Notes: generated by a model not told the origin, from the sequence alone. DNA of 64,000 nucleotides from an uncultured delta proteobacterium (GCA_963771175.1 CAVYSY010000021.1:160001-224000); one strand, 5' to 3'. Shown: positions 10,039 to 20,245, counted from the first letter of the stretch. Translations and numbers: made by a program.

Positions 10039-10765
10039 GGCGTTGCCACCGCCAGCGTCGATGACCCACCGGGTGCTCGAACTGCTCCGCTCCCGAGACG
10101 AGGAAGCGGAGCACGGCCAGGTCCGGCGGAAGCGCGTTCGTCCGGGGCTGACCGTCGTCCGAGCCCACCTGGCAGGAGAGCGTGAACCTGGACACCCTGC
10201 TGGCGGCCCGCAGGCGGCAGGCAAACGCGCGCGGGAAGTCCGCGGACTCCGCGAAGTGCTGCCAGGGCGAGGGGACCGGCTCGTCGTAGGCGACGACCAG
10301 GACGCTCTCGGCCCCGTCGGCCAGCAGGCCGCAGGCCTCGACGACCGCCGCCTCCACCGTCTCCGGTCCGGACGCCACGGCGCTGTAGGCGCCGGTGTGG
10401 CCCCGGATGATGGAGTAGAGGGCGCCAATCGCGTTGTGCACCGAGAGGCTGAAGGAGGCGGGCGAGAGGGGCTCCGACTTCGCCAGCTGCGTCAGCAGCT
10501 CCACCGAGCGCGTCAGGTCCCCGTAGCGGGAGGCGAAGACCACCGGGGTCTCCGCTGCGTCCGCCTGGCACCCGTACGCCGCCTGCAGCGCGATGCGTCC
10601 GAGGCGCTCCACGCGACGGCGCATCATCGCCGGCACCTCGGTCAGGGCCGGAGTGCCCTCCGTCGGGAGTGGGTGCGGCTGCGCGAACCAGGACTGCCAG
10701 GCAGTCGTGTCGGTGAGTCCAGGAGCCCAGGCCGACCACCGGTCGATGGCGAATTCAACAATCAT
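10031..10765 (-). CDS. Beta-ketoacyl synthase chain-length factor (ApeC-like)
   Basis: PAMMRRR, VFASRYGD, SPASFSLSVHNA; no catalytic Cys evident; first gene of the operon. Confidence 0.88.
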   Translation of the reverse strand: MIVEFAIDRWSAWAPGLTDTTAWQSWFAQPHPLPTEGTPALTEVPAMMRRRVERLGRIALQAAYGCQADAAETPVVFASRYGDLTRSVELLTQLAKSEPLSPASFSLSVHNAIGALYSIIRGHTGAYSAVASGPETVEAAVVEACGLLADGAESVLVVAYDEPVPSPWQHFAESADFPRAFACRLRAASRVSRFTLSCQVGSDDGQPRTNALPPDLAVLRFLVSGAEQFEHPVGHRRWRWQRHA

Positions 10766-10941
10766 GAGAAAGGGCTACGGGTCCGTCCGCCCCGCCACTA
10801 CCTCCGGACGAGAGGGGGTTCCTACCAAACCATCCAACACCTGACAAATGCCCCCAAAAGGAAGGAGGGCGATTGACGCCCGCCCCCTGTCGTGCGGCGG
10901 CTCTCACTCGAAGTGTGGACTGGGGGCCTCGGCTCGCGCCG

Positions 10942-11778
10942 TCAGGGGCCGCTGCGCTCCAGGTGGCGCTCGAGGAAGGCGCGGTAGTGCTCCTGGGCGA
11001 CGGGCAGCACGTCTCCGTGCTGGCCCCCTTCGACGAGGAGGAGCTCCTTGGGCTCGTTCGCGTTCGCGAAGACCTCCTGGCCGAACTCGACCCGGATGAG
11101 CTGGTCCGCCGTCCCGTGCGCGATGAACAGCGGCACGTGGATGGACCGGATGCGCCCGACGGTGTTCCAGGTGTCCTCGGCGATGAAGGAGATGGGGAAG
11201 TCCATCCGGGTCGAGTCGCGCTTGAGGCCCTCCACCGACATCAGGGGCGACTCGAGGATGAGCACCTCCGGTGGGTGGCCCTCGGCCCGCTGGGTGGCGG
11301 CGGCCGTCCCGAAGGAGTGCCCGTAGTAGATGAAGTGGGCCCCCGGCCCGCTGCGCTCCTGCAGCCACCGGAGGGCCGCGAGCGAGTCCTCGCCAATCCC
11401 CTCCTCGGTGGGAGGCAGGTCGGTCGAGGTCCCGAACCCGCGATAGTCGAACCCGAGCACGTCATAGCCGAGGTTGGACAGGCGCTTGATGCGCCAGAAC
11501 TGCAGGCCGAGGTGGGTGCCTGCGCCGTGGAAGAACAGGATGGCGCCGCGGGAGGGTTGCACCTCCGCCCGGACGTAGACCGCCCCCAGGGAGACCTCCT
11601 CGTTCACCTGGATGCGGACCTCCTCGACCCGCTCCGCCGACACCACCTCGGCCGGCTCGTCCGACTCCAGCTCGAAGGCGTAGGCGGTCACCCGCGGTGG
11701 AACGTAGAGGAACGGGTCCATCTTGCAGCCGGCGGCCAGCGCCAGGACCAGCCAGAGGACCCACGGTCTCGGACTCAT
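10942..11778 (-). CDS. Alpha/beta hydrolase lipoprotein
   Basis: Lipobox LAAGC; FDYRGFG, GHSFG nucleophile elbow, HGTAD, GGQH. Confidence 0.85.
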   Translation of the reverse strand: MSPRPWVLWLVLALAAGCKMDPFLYVPPRVTAYAFELESDEPAEVVSAERVEEVRIQVNEEVSLGAVYVRAEVQPSRGAILFFHGAGTHLGLQFWRIKRLSNLGYDVLGFDYRGFGTSTDLPPTEEGIGEDSLAALRWLQERSGPGAHFIYYGHSFGTAAATQRAEGHPPEVLILESPLMSVEGLKRDSTRMDFPISFIAEDTWNTVGRIRSIHVPLFIAHGTADQLIRVEFGQEVFANANEPKELLLVEGGQHGDVLPVAQEHYRAFLERHLERSGP

Positions 11779-12413
11779 CGCACCTCTCCCGGTCGCCAAC
11801 GGATGCCGAGGACCAGGCCCATCGCGCCCTGTCCTGCCACGCCCACCCAGGGGATGACTGTGCGTTCGGTCGGATAGTCCGGCGCGAACCAGCGCGCCTC
11901 GGCCTGCAGCCCGAGCTCTCCGAACCACAGCTGGGCGCCCGCCGCGGGTGAGACGAGGATCGGCCCTCCGGCGAACTGCGCGAAGCCGGTCACCGAGGCA
12001 TAGGGCAGCAGCCGCTCGCCGACGAGGTAGCTGGCGGTGGCGGTGGCCTCGAAATAGGCGGCGCTCTGCTTGAAGTCGGTGAACCCGAGCAGCCGTGCGG
12101 TCCCCGAGAGCGCGGGGATGGCACCGCGCTGCTCGAACAGCAGGTAGGTGGAGCCCACGTCGAGCCCGGCGAGCCCCACCAACAGCGGGGTCAAGTGGGC
12201 GTGGGCGTGCACGTCGAGGCGGTCCGCCACGCCGTAGCTCGCACCGGCCGTCAGGTGGGGCGCCGGAAAGGGAACGCCCCAGGAGGCGATGGGCCCCCCC
12301 ATGTCCGCCTGGAGCTGGAGCTGCCCCTTCGGCGTGGGCCGCACCGGACTGGTGTGCCCACAGCCGAGCGCCATCACAGCCATGCAACACATCACCCACA
12401 GCGAGGCCCGCAT
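11775..12413 (-). CDS. Hypothetical lipoprotein, possibly a beta-barrel
   Basis: Lipobox ALGC; alternating aromatic beta-strand pattern; stop overlaps the hydrolase start. Confidence 0.65.
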   Translation of the reverse strand: MRASLWVMCCMAVMALGCGHTSPVRPTPKGQLQLQADMGGPIASWGVPFPAPHLTAGASYGVADRLDVHAHAHLTPLLVGLAGLDVGSTYLLFEQRGAIPALSGTARLLGFTDFKQSAAYFEATATASYLVGERLLPYASVTGFAQFAGGPILVSPAAGAQLWFGELGLQAEARWFAPDYPTERTVIPWVGVAGQGAMGLVLGIRWRPGEVR

Positions 12414-12540
12414 CGCGGCGCGAGCATAGTCAACGCAGGGCGGATTCAGGAAGCCCGCCACGCAGGCCAGCTGGAGGGATGGGGGGAGGCAGTGCCATCC
12501 GCATCTCCAACTCAGGCGCTTGACTGGACCTCACGGCAGC

Positions 12541-12750
12541 TCACTCCTCGTCGGGCTCGCGGTGGCCGGGCCTGCCCGATAGGGTGTCTACCTGGACCAC
12601 GCGCCCTCCCTTGTCCGGTGAGCTCCTGGCCGCATCGACCTCCTCGGGTGTGTGGGGCGCCCCCTCCTCGAAGTTGTCGCCCTCCAGATTGCGCTGCCGT
12701 TGCTCGCTCGTGCTCCCGTAGCCCTCCCGCAGCTTCTTCTTGCCCGGCAT
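12541..12750 (-). CDS. Small acidic hypothetical protein
   Basis: MPGKKKLREGYG..., preceded by an AGGAG RBS. Confidence 0.5.
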   Translation of the reverse strand: MPGKKKLREGYGSTSEQRQRNLEGDNFEEGAPHTPEEVDAARSSPDKGGRVVQVDTLSGRPGHREPDEE

Positions 12751-13062
12751 TGCCCGCTCCTGGGTGAATGGTCCAGGCCCTGATGTTTGGGATGGGGGCC
12801 AGGGGCGGCAACGCCTCCAGCCCAGGTCGAACCCACCCCGAGTCCAATCCGGGGGAGGGCCTTCCCCATCGGCTCCCGGGCGGGCGAGCAATCGCGGCCA
12901 CAGGGCCGTGGCCCGGGGCCCGCATTCGACCGGCGCATCTCCTGGCTTTACAGGGAGTCAAGGGGGGCACGTCTGGTGCAGGACCCACCGGCCGACGAGG
13001 GGAATCTTCCTCCCGCTCGACTGTCGACGGAGACGCGCCCCACTGCTATGCACACCCACACC

Positions 13063-15234
13063 ATGGATGTCCGTCCCTCTCCGCGCCGCGCGCTGCTGCT
13101 GGCGCTGACGCTGTTGATGTCCGCCTGCAAGACGCCCTCCGCCGTGGGCGGTGGCACCTCGACCGGCAACTCGTCCGGCAAGTCTTCCAGCAACGGCAAC
13201 ACCCAAGACGTCCCCGAAGGCGATCCGTTCCCGAAGAGGCCCTCCGTGGAGGCCCGGAAGGACGCTCGGGCCGACGAGGCGCTCGCCCAGGCCATCCAGC
13301 AGGCCGAGATGCTGCCTCGCAAGCAGGCCGCCGAGTCCTTCCTGGCCGTGCGCAAGGCCTACCCGGAGACGACGGCGAGCCAGGAGGCCCTCTACCGCGC
13401 CGGCGTGCTCTTCTACGACTCGCAGGACTACGTCAACGCGCGAAAGACCTTCAACGAGCTGCTCTTCGAGAACCCGCTCCACCCGCAGGCCCCGGATGCC
13501 AAGCGCCGGTTGGGCCGCGCCGCGCTGGAGGTGGGTGCCTACCGCGACGCGTACCAGACGCTCTACAGCCTCGCCGAGCGCGCCGAGGGTCCCGAGCGCA
13601 CCCAGCTCCTCGAGGACGCCGCGAAGGCCGCGGAGAAGGCGGGCCTCTTCGGGCAGGCGCTGCAGATCGCCGTGGACCTCGCCGGTGACGCACGGACGCC
13701 CGAGGCGCAGCAGGCCGCGGTGGCCCGGGTGCAGCAGCTCGTGGAGGGTCGCGCGGGCTTCACGGACGTGGCGAAGGTGATGGACGAGCTGTCCCCAGCC
13801 AACCCCGCCTGGCCGGTGCTGACCTTCAAGCTGGCGCGCATCTACTACCACCTGCGGGACTGGACCCGTCTGGAGGAGACGCTCAACCGCTTCCTGGCCG
13901 AGGCCCCCTCGCACCCCTTCGCGGGTCAGGCCCGCGAGCTGCTCGCGCGCGCCACCCGGCGCGTGGAGGTGCGCCCCAAGACGGTGGGTCTGCTGCTGCC
14001 CATGTCCGGCAAGTACAAGGCCGTGGGCGAGGCGGTGCTGCGCGGCGTGAAGCTGGGCCTCGCCGGCAGCGACGTGGAGCTCGTCGTCAAGGACACCCAG
14101 GGCGACGTGAACACCACCGCCCAGGCCATGGAGCAGCTCGCCTTCGACGAAGGCGCCATGGTGGTGCTGGGCCCCATCGTCTCGGATGATTCGCGGCGCG
14201 CCGCGCTGGTGGCCGAGGAACTCCAGGTCCCACTCATCAACCTCTCGCGCCTGGAGGGCATCACCGACATCGGGCCCTACGTCTTCCGCAACATGCTCAC
14301 CAACGAGGCCCAGGCTCGCGCCATCGCCGAGTTCGCGATGAAGCAGAAGGGCTTCAAGAGCTTCGCGATGCTCTACCCGAACCTCCCGTACGGGGTGGAG
14401 CTGGCCAACGACTTCTGGGACTACGTGACGGAGAACGGTGGACAGGTGCGCGGCGCCGAGTCGTACGCGCATGACCAGACCACCTTCACCACCGAGGCCA
14501 AGAAGCTGGTGGGCCGCTACTACCTGGAGGATCGGCTCGACTACGTCGAGAGCGTGCGCGAGGCGCAGCAGCAGACCAGCGGCCTGGATGCGTTCCGCAA
14601 GCGCAAGGCCATGGAGAAGGTGAGGGGCAACGTGGAGCCCGTCATCGACTTCGAGGCCATCTTCGTCCCCGATGAGTGGAAGCGGGTGAGCCTGGTGGCT
14701 CCGGCGCTGGCGGTGGAGGACATCGTCACCAATGCGTGCGACGCGCGCGACGTGGAGCGCATCCGCAAGACGACGGGCAAGAAGGACCTGAAGACGGTGA
14801 TGCTGCTGGGTACCAATGCCTGGAGCAGCTCCAAGGGCGCCAGTGGCCTGCCCGAGCTCATCGAGCGCGGCGGCAAGTTCGTCACCTGCTCGGTGTACGT
14901 GGACGGCTTCTTCGTGGACTCGCAGCGGCCGGCCACGCAGCGCTTCGTGAAGGCCTACCGTCAGGCGAACACCGGCGATCCGGGCCTGCTGGAGGCCTAC
15001 GGCTACGATTCGGCGCGCATGGTGCGGCAGATCATGGACTCGAAGCAGGCCCCCAGGAGCCGCGGTGAGTTCCGCGAGGCCCTGGCCAACCTGAAGGACT
15101 TCGACGGCGCCACCGGCAAGACGTCCTTCGACGAGAAGCGCGAGGCCCGCAAGCCCCTGTTCCTCCTCTCCGTGAGCAACAAGGGCATCACCGAGGTGCC
15201 TCCGGAGAAGACGGCGGCGTTGGGGGGCTCGTGA
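13063..15234 (+). CDS. LpoA/LppC-like lipoprotein (TPR plus periplasmic-binding fold), putative PBP activator
   Basis: Lipobox MSAC; TPR-like helices; VGLLLPMSG, VLGPI, AYGYDSA, FDGATGKTSFD. Confidence 0.82.
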   Translation: MDVRPSPRRALLLALTLLMSACKTPSAVGGGTSTGNSSGKSSSNGNTQDVPEGDPFPKRPSVEARKDARADEALAQAIQQAEMLPRKQAAESFLAVRKAYPETTASQEALYRAGVLFYDSQDYVNARKTFNELLFENPLHPQAPDAKRRLGRAALEVGAYRDAYQTLYSLAERAEGPERTQLLEDAAKAAEKAGLFGQALQIAVDLAGDARTPEAQQAAVARVQQLVEGRAGFTDVAKVMDELSPANPAWPVLTFKLARIYYHLRDWTRLEETLNRFLAEAPSHPFAGQARELLARATRRVEVRPKTVGLLLPMSGKYKAVGEAVLRGVKLGLAGSDVELVVKDTQGDVNTTAQAMEQLAFDEGAMVVLGPIVSDDSRRAALVAEELQVPLINLSRLEGITDIGPYVFRNMLTNEAQARAIAEFAMKQKGFKSFAMLYPNLPYGVELANDFWDYVTENGGQVRGAESYAHDQTTFTTEAKKLVGRYYLEDRLDYVESVREAQQQTSGLDAFRKRKAMEKVRGNVEPVIDFEAIFVPDEWKRVSLVAPALAVEDIVTNACDARDVERIRKTTGKKDLKTVMLLGTNAWSSSKGASGLPELIERGGKFVTCSVYVDGFFVDSQRPATQRFVKAYRQANTGDPGLLEAYGYDSARMVRQIMDSKQAPRSRGEFREALANLKDFDGATGKTSFDEKREARKPLFLLSVSNKGITEVPPEKTAALGGS

Positions 15235-16835
15235 GCTCGACGGCGCCTCGTGCGCTGGCCGTGGTGGGAATGCTGGCGCTGGCGGGCTGTCGGCACGCCG
15301 GGCCAGTGCTGGCTCCGGACATCTCCGCCCGCCTGGAGTCCTCTCCCGGTGCGTACCTCGCGGGTGAGGTGAAGGGGCTCGAGGACGCCGACGTCCTGGA
15401 CCGCAAGGACTTCGTCTGGACGCTGGCCTTCTCGGAGGAGGGCTCGCGCGTGGCCTATTCGCACCTGGGCGCCCGCGAGTACCAGCTCGCCCTGTGGACG
15501 CTGGAGCCCACGCCGACGCGCGTGGTGGAGCAGGGCGTCAACGCCACCGAGTTCGATCTGGAGGCGTTGGCCTTCTCCCCGGACGGCAAGCTGCTGGCGA
15601 GCGCGGGCTGGGACGGCATGGTGCGCCTGTATGACGCGGCCACCGGCGCGCAGACCGCGAACCTGCGCACCGACGAGCCCCTCACCGCGGTGGCCTTCCA
15701 CCCAGCGGGTGGCTACCTCGTGGTGGGCAGCGCCCAGGGGCTTCTCACCGCGCTGCGCGTGTCGGACCTGGGTTTCTCCTTCGAGGCTCGGCCCCATGCG
15801 GACCGGGTGAGCGCGCTCGCCTTCGCGCGGGACGGGACGCTGTACTCGGGGGGCTGGGACAAGCGCATCCGGGTCTTCGATTCGCGCGAGGAGGCACTGC
15901 GGCGCGAGCAGACGCGGTTGCGCTTCGAGCGGCGCGGGGGCTTCGCCGTGGTGGGAGGCACCGTCAACGGAAAGTCGGCGGTGGCCTTCGCGTTGGATGC
16001 GCGCACTCCCGCCATCGTGCTGGGCACGCAGGCGGCGGCGGCGGCCGGCATCGACACGGCCTTCCTGCAGGAGACGGTGTCCCTGCCCTCATCGCTCGGC
16101 GCCAACCTGGCGCGCGTGGCCCGAGGCCAGCGCCTGCGCCTCAAGGGGATGGAGCTGGAGGGCGTGGACGTGGCGGTGTGCGACGCGTGCCTGCCCGAGG
16201 GTGTGGCGGGGGTGCTGGGTGCGCCCTTCTCCGAGCGCGTCGACGTGGTCTTCGACGAGAGCACGGGCGAGGCCGTCCTCACCCTGAAGGCGCCCGCGCC
16301 GGTGGGGCCCGAGGCGCAGCGGGGGCTGGTGCTCGCGCCTCGCACCACCTTCACCTTCGAGGCGCACGTCAACGACGTCACCCTGGACGCGACCGGGCGG
16401 CGCCTGGGCGTGGCCTTCTCCGAGTCCAAGGCCGAGCGCACCCGCGCCATCTACGAGCGCGAGAAGAAGGGCCTCACCGAGCCGCCCTCCGAGCAGAACG
16501 CCGCGGCACTGGTGGATGCCGCCACCGGCCAGGTGCTTCGCAAGTGGACGCGGCACCGGGGCGTGGTGGCCACCGCGGGCATCTCCCCGGACGGCCGGGC
16601 GCTGGCCAGCGGCGGCTGGGACAAGCAGCTCTACCTGTGGAGCGAGGGCCAGGAGGCCCCGGTGGCGGAGCGGGAGTTCGGCTGGTCCGTGCGCCGGGTG
16701 CGCTTCAGCCCGGACGGTCGGCGGGTGGGCGTGGCCGCGTGGACGCCGCAGAAGGCCACCGGCAACCAGGAGAGTGACCCGGCCGCGGTGCTCTTCTCCG
16801 TGCGCTACGCCGCCCCCACCGTGGAGCGGCGCTAG
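15231..16835 (+). CDS. WD40-repeat lipoprotein with an inserted retropepsin-like domain
   Basis: Lipobox LAGC; repeats LAFSPDGKLLASAGWD, YSGGWD, ASGGWD; central GTVNG...FALD...GVLG segment. Confidence 0.8.
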   Translation: MSSTAPRALAVVGMLALAGCRHAGPVLAPDISARLESSPGAYLAGEVKGLEDADVLDRKDFVWTLAFSEEGSRVAYSHLGAREYQLALWTLEPTPTRVVEQGVNATEFDLEALAFSPDGKLLASAGWDGMVRLYDAATGAQTANLRTDEPLTAVAFHPAGGYLVVGSAQGLLTALRVSDLGFSFEARPHADRVSALAFARDGTLYSGGWDKRIRVFDSREEALRREQTRLRFERRGGFAVVGGTVNGKSAVAFALDARTPAIVLGTQAAAAAGIDTAFLQETVSLPSSLGANLARVARGQRLRLKGMELEGVDVAVCDACLPEGVAGVLGAPFSERVDVVFDESTGEAVLTLKAPAPVGPEAQRGLVLAPRTTFTFEAHVNDVTLDATGRRLGVAFSESKAERTRAIYEREKKGLTEPPSEQNAAALVDAATGQVLRKWTRHRGVVATAGISPDGRALASGGWDKQLYLWSEGQEAPVAEREFGWSVRRVRFSPDGRRVGVAAWTPQKATGNQESDPAAVLFSVRYAAPTVERR

Positions 16836-17524
16836 TAGTTGAGGTGGATGGACTCGCGGGGCACCCCGCGGGTCCGCAGCGCGTCGATGACTCCCTGCAC
16901 CATCCCCGACTGGCCGCAGACGAAGGCGAGGGTGTTCTCCACCGGCTCCTCGCCCAGGTGGCCCTGCACGTAGCCGGTGAGGCCCTGCCAGCCACTCGCG
17001 CCCGGCTGGCTCACCGTGCGCACCACGCGGATGTCCGCCGCCTCCCAGTGGTGCAGCTCGTCCTCATAGGCGAAGGCCTGGGGGGTGCGCGCTCCGAAGT
17101 ACAGCGTCACCTTCCCGTAGGCGCTCCGCTCGGCGCGGATGCTCTCGATGACGGAGCGGATGGGCGAGATGCCCGAGCCGGTGGCGAAGAGCAGCAGGTC
17201 CTTCCCTCGCCCCAGGTGCAGGGGAAAGCCGCGGCCCTCGGGGCGCTGGCTGCGCACCTCCGCTCCCGGTTTGAGCAGGATGAGGGCGTCCGCCAGCGGG
17301 CTGCCTCCCTTGAGGAGGAACTCCCAGCGGGTGCCGAAGGGCTCCGGCGGCGAGGCGATGGCGAACAGGCCCTCGCCCAGCCCGGGCAGGGCCAGGCGCA
17401 CGTACTGGCCCGGGGTGCGGTGTGTGCCCACCAACGGGGTGCCGCCGATGTCCAGGATGAGCTCGGTGAGACCCTCCGCGGCGGGAAGGACGGTTGCCAC
17501 GGTGGTGGGGTGCCAGTCGTTCAT
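16832..17524 (-). CDS. FNR-like FAD/NAD(P)-binding oxidoreductase
   Basis: PGQYV, FAIASPP, ATGSGISPIRS, LYFGAR, TGYVQ, FVCGQSGMV. Confidence 0.88.
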   Translation of the reverse strand: MNDWHPTTVATVLPAAEGLTELILDIGGTPLVGTHRTPGQYVRLALPGLGEGLFAIASPPEPFGTRWEFLLKGGSPLADALILLKPGAEVRSQRPEGRGFPLHLGRGKDLLLFATGSGISPIRSVIESIRAERSAYGKVTLYFGARTPQAFAYEDELHHWEAADIRVVRTVSQPGASGWQGLTGYVQGHLGEEPVENTLAFVCGQSGMVQGVIDALRTRGVPRESIHLNY

Positions 17525-17582
17525 GACAGCTCTGATTTAACCTTGGACCCGAGGCGCCGTCGCCCTTTGATAACCTGGGGGC

Positions 17583-18350
17583 GTGAAGACCTTGCTCTGG
17601 TTGGTGCTGTTCCTCATCGGGTTGGCGGGCGTGGCGTTCCCGGCCGTCTACCTCCATGCCGCCAGCACGCTGCCCCAGCTCGAGACGGAGTTCGATCTCG
17701 AGAAGCAGCTGCGGCACTCCATCGAGGGCGAGCGGATGAGCTTGCGTGCGGGCACCTTCGAGAACACGCGGTCCATCGCTTACAAGAGGCCGGACTTCGC
17801 GCGCCTCCCCAAGGACCTGGTGGCCCTCTACATCGCGCAGCTCGGGTGCCCCACCTACTTCCAGACGCCGCGCGAGGACGGCCCGAAGTGGTCCTGGCGC
17901 CTCTTCTCCTACGTCACCTTCGGCACCGAGCCGCCAGGGGACGGAGCCTGCGAGCGGCTCCTCGCCGTGCGGCTCGCCTCGAAGCTGGGCATCGAGGGCA
18001 ATCTGGAGCGGGTCATCGCCGCCCACCGCCTGCACGCCTTCCTCCAGAAGGACCAGCTCATCGCCTACGATTTGTCCTCCCTCTACTTCGAGCGGGGCAT
18101 CGTGGGAGTGGAGGACGCGGCGTACAAGGTTTTCGGGCGCGAGCTGGACACGCTCCAGCTCCCGGAGCTGGCAGAGCTGTCGCTCGCCCTGCCACCGCAC
18201 AGCTACTACGCGGACGCGGTCTCCTGCCGCAACGCGAGCCTCATCCGGCAGAACCGGGACGTGCTGCTGACGGACCTGTTCGGCTACAAGCTCGTCACCG
18301 AGGAGCGGGCGCGCAGCGCGATGACCCGGCCGGTGGCCTGCCTGCACTGA
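17583..18350 (+). CDS. Membrane-anchored transglycosylase (GT51)-like protein, degenerate
   Basis: N-terminal TM; KDQLIAYDL..YFERGIVGVEDAAYKVFGRELDTLQLPELAEL resembles GT51 motifs 4-5. Confidence 0.7.
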   Translation: MKTLLWLVLFLIGLAGVAFPAVYLHAASTLPQLETEFDLEKQLRHSIEGERMSLRAGTFENTRSIAYKRPDFARLPKDLVALYIAQLGCPTYFQTPREDGPKWSWRLFSYVTFGTEPPGDGACERLLAVRLASKLGIEGNLERVIAAHRLHAFLQKDQLIAYDLSSLYFERGIVGVEDAAYKVFGRELDTLQLPELAELSLALPPHSYYADAVSCRNASLIRQNRDVLLTDLFGYKLVTEERARSAMTRPVACLH

Positions 18351-18392
18351 GGCGTCCCGCCGCGCGCCAGGGGCTCGGCGGGGACCGGGCCC

Positions 18393-20156
18393 CTACTTGC
18401 GACGCAGGAACATCTTCTCCCAGGAGGTCATCTCCTTGGCGACCTGACGGCGCTCCTCCGGAGTGCTGGCCGTCTCGACCCGCTTGCGCAGGCCGTCGAG
18501 CGTCTTGCGCGTGGCCGGGCTGAGCGGCTGGCCGGACTGGGAACGCGCCTCGACGTCGCGATCCAGCTTCTGGATGCGGCCGAGGAGCGTGGCGTGGCTG
18601 GGGGCCGGAGGGGTGGGAGCCTTCTGCACCGCGGGCTGCGTGTCCTCCGCCGGGTTGTCCGAGTGGGCCACCGCCGGCTCCGTGCCGGGGTTCTCCGGCG
18701 GCGTCGTGGGAGTGCCCGTGGACGGGGTGCCCGGGGCGGGAGTCCCGGTCGTCGCGGAGGTGCCCTGCTGCGCCTGGGCCGTCCCCGTGGAGGGCTGGGC
18801 TGGCGGCTGCGTCTGGGGCTGCACCGGAGGCGTGACGGTCACCTGCGGCGGCGGGGTGGGGGTCGGCTCGCGCAGGGCGAACACGGCGCCACCGATGGCC
18901 AGGGCGAGGGCTCCCAGGCCCACGGGCAGCAGGCGGCGCATCGGCGAGCTCACGCCCGTGGCGCGCACCTCCGTGGAGGACGGCTCGGCGGGCACTGGCG
19001 CGGGTGGCGCGGGCGTGGCGGGAGACTGCGGAGACGCGGGGGGCTGCTGGGGCTCCGGGGACACCTCGACGGGGTGCTCCGAGACCGTGGTCTTCGTCTG
19101 GGGAGCGGGAGCCGGTGCCGGGTGGGAGAGGGTGTCGCGCAGCCGCAGCAGTTGGCGGCGCAGCTGCTCGGCGGACCCGGGGCGCGCTTCCGGGTCCTTG
19201 GTGAGCATCTGCAGGATGAAGGCGTCGAGCGCGGCCGGCAGCTCGGGCACGAACTCCGAGGGCCGAGGCGGCCGCGCGTCCACGTGCTTCATCAGCAGGT
19301 CCACCGGAGACGAGCCGGTGAAGGGCAGCCGACCGGTGACCATCTCGAAGGCCACCACGCCCAGGGAGTAGAGGTCCGTCATGGGGCCCACGGGCTGGCC
19401 GCGGGCCTGCTCGGGCGCCATGTACTCCGGGGTGCCCACCACCATGTCCGTGCGCGTCTGCGCGGTGCGCCCGGCCGGCATGCCCATCTTCGCGAGGCCG
19501 AAGTCCAGCAGCTTCACGTAGCGCGAGCCGTCCGGCTGGGTGACGAGGAAGATGTTGCTCGGCTTGAGGTCGCGGTGGACGACTCCGGCCCCGTGCGCGG
19601 CGCCCAGCGCGCTGAGCACCTCGTCGAGCACTTCCAGCGCCTCGGACACCGGCATGCGGCCCTTCTCGGCCAGGTACGCATCGAGGGCGATGCCCTCGAG
19701 GTACTCCATGATGATGTACTGGCGGCCGTCGGGGACCTGGCCGAAGCCGAAGATGTCGACGATGCCCCGGTGGCGGATGGCGTTGACGGCACGGGCCTCG
19801 GCAAGGAGGCGCGCCACCTGCTCATCGGCGGCGGCCAGCTCGGGGCGCAGCACCTTCACCGCCACGCGCTTGCCGATGAGGGGCTGGATGCCGTCGTACA
19901 CCAGCCCCATGCCACCCACGCCGATGCGCTGGCGCAGCTCGTACTCGCCAATCCTCAGTCCGACGAGCGGATCCGCTACGGGCTCTTCCATGAAGTGGAC
20001 GGTCCTCCCAGGCGACGTACGCCGCTCGCTCCCCTCGTCGCTGGGGAGCAGCGACGCCGCGGAGGGACCGAGCAGCACGGTGCCATCGCGCGGGCAGACG
20101 TCCGTGTCAGCTGGCACGGCGTGACCGCAGGTTTCGCAAGTACGGGAGTCAACCAT
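18393..20156 (-). CDS. Hanks-type Ser/Thr protein kinase with TM segment and Pro/Thr-rich tail
   Basis: IGVGGMGLVY, VAVKVL, HRDLKPSN, DFGLAK, GTPEYMAPE; N-terminal CxxC..CPxDG. Confidence 0.95.
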   Translation of the reverse strand: MVDSRTCETCGHAVPADTDVCPRDGTVLLGPSAASLLPSDEGSERRTSPGRTVHFMEEPVADPLVGLRIGEYELRQRIGVGGMGLVYDGIQPLIGKRVAVKVLRPELAAADEQVARLLAEARAVNAIRHRGIVDIFGFGQVPDGRQYIIMEYLEGIALDAYLAEKGRMPVSEALEVLDEVLSALGAAHGAGVVHRDLKPSNIFLVTQPDGSRYVKLLDFGLAKMGMPAGRTAQTRTDMVVGTPEYMAPEQARGQPVGPMTDLYSLGVVAFEMVTGRLPFTGSSPVDLLMKHVDARPPRPSEFVPELPAALDAFILQMLTKDPEARPGSAEQLRRQLLRLRDTLSHPAPAPAPQTKTTVSEHPVEVSPEPQQPPASPQSPATPAPPAPVPAEPSSTEVRATGVSSPMRRLLPVGLGALALAIGGAVFALREPTPTPPPQVTVTPPVQPQTQPPAQPSTGTAQAQQGTSATTGTPAPGTPSTGTPTTPPENPGTEPAVAHSDNPAEDTQPAVQKAPTPPAPSHATLLGRIQKLDRDVEARSQSGQPLSPATRKTLDGLRKRVETASTPEERRQVAKEMTSWEKMFLRRK

Positions 20157-20245
20157 CGGGAAATGCCCCCCAGGCTACCAGACCGGGGGCGGATTCCCAC
20201 AAGCGAGCGAGGGAGCAGGGTGTACTTCCCCTGACGCCCGCTCCG

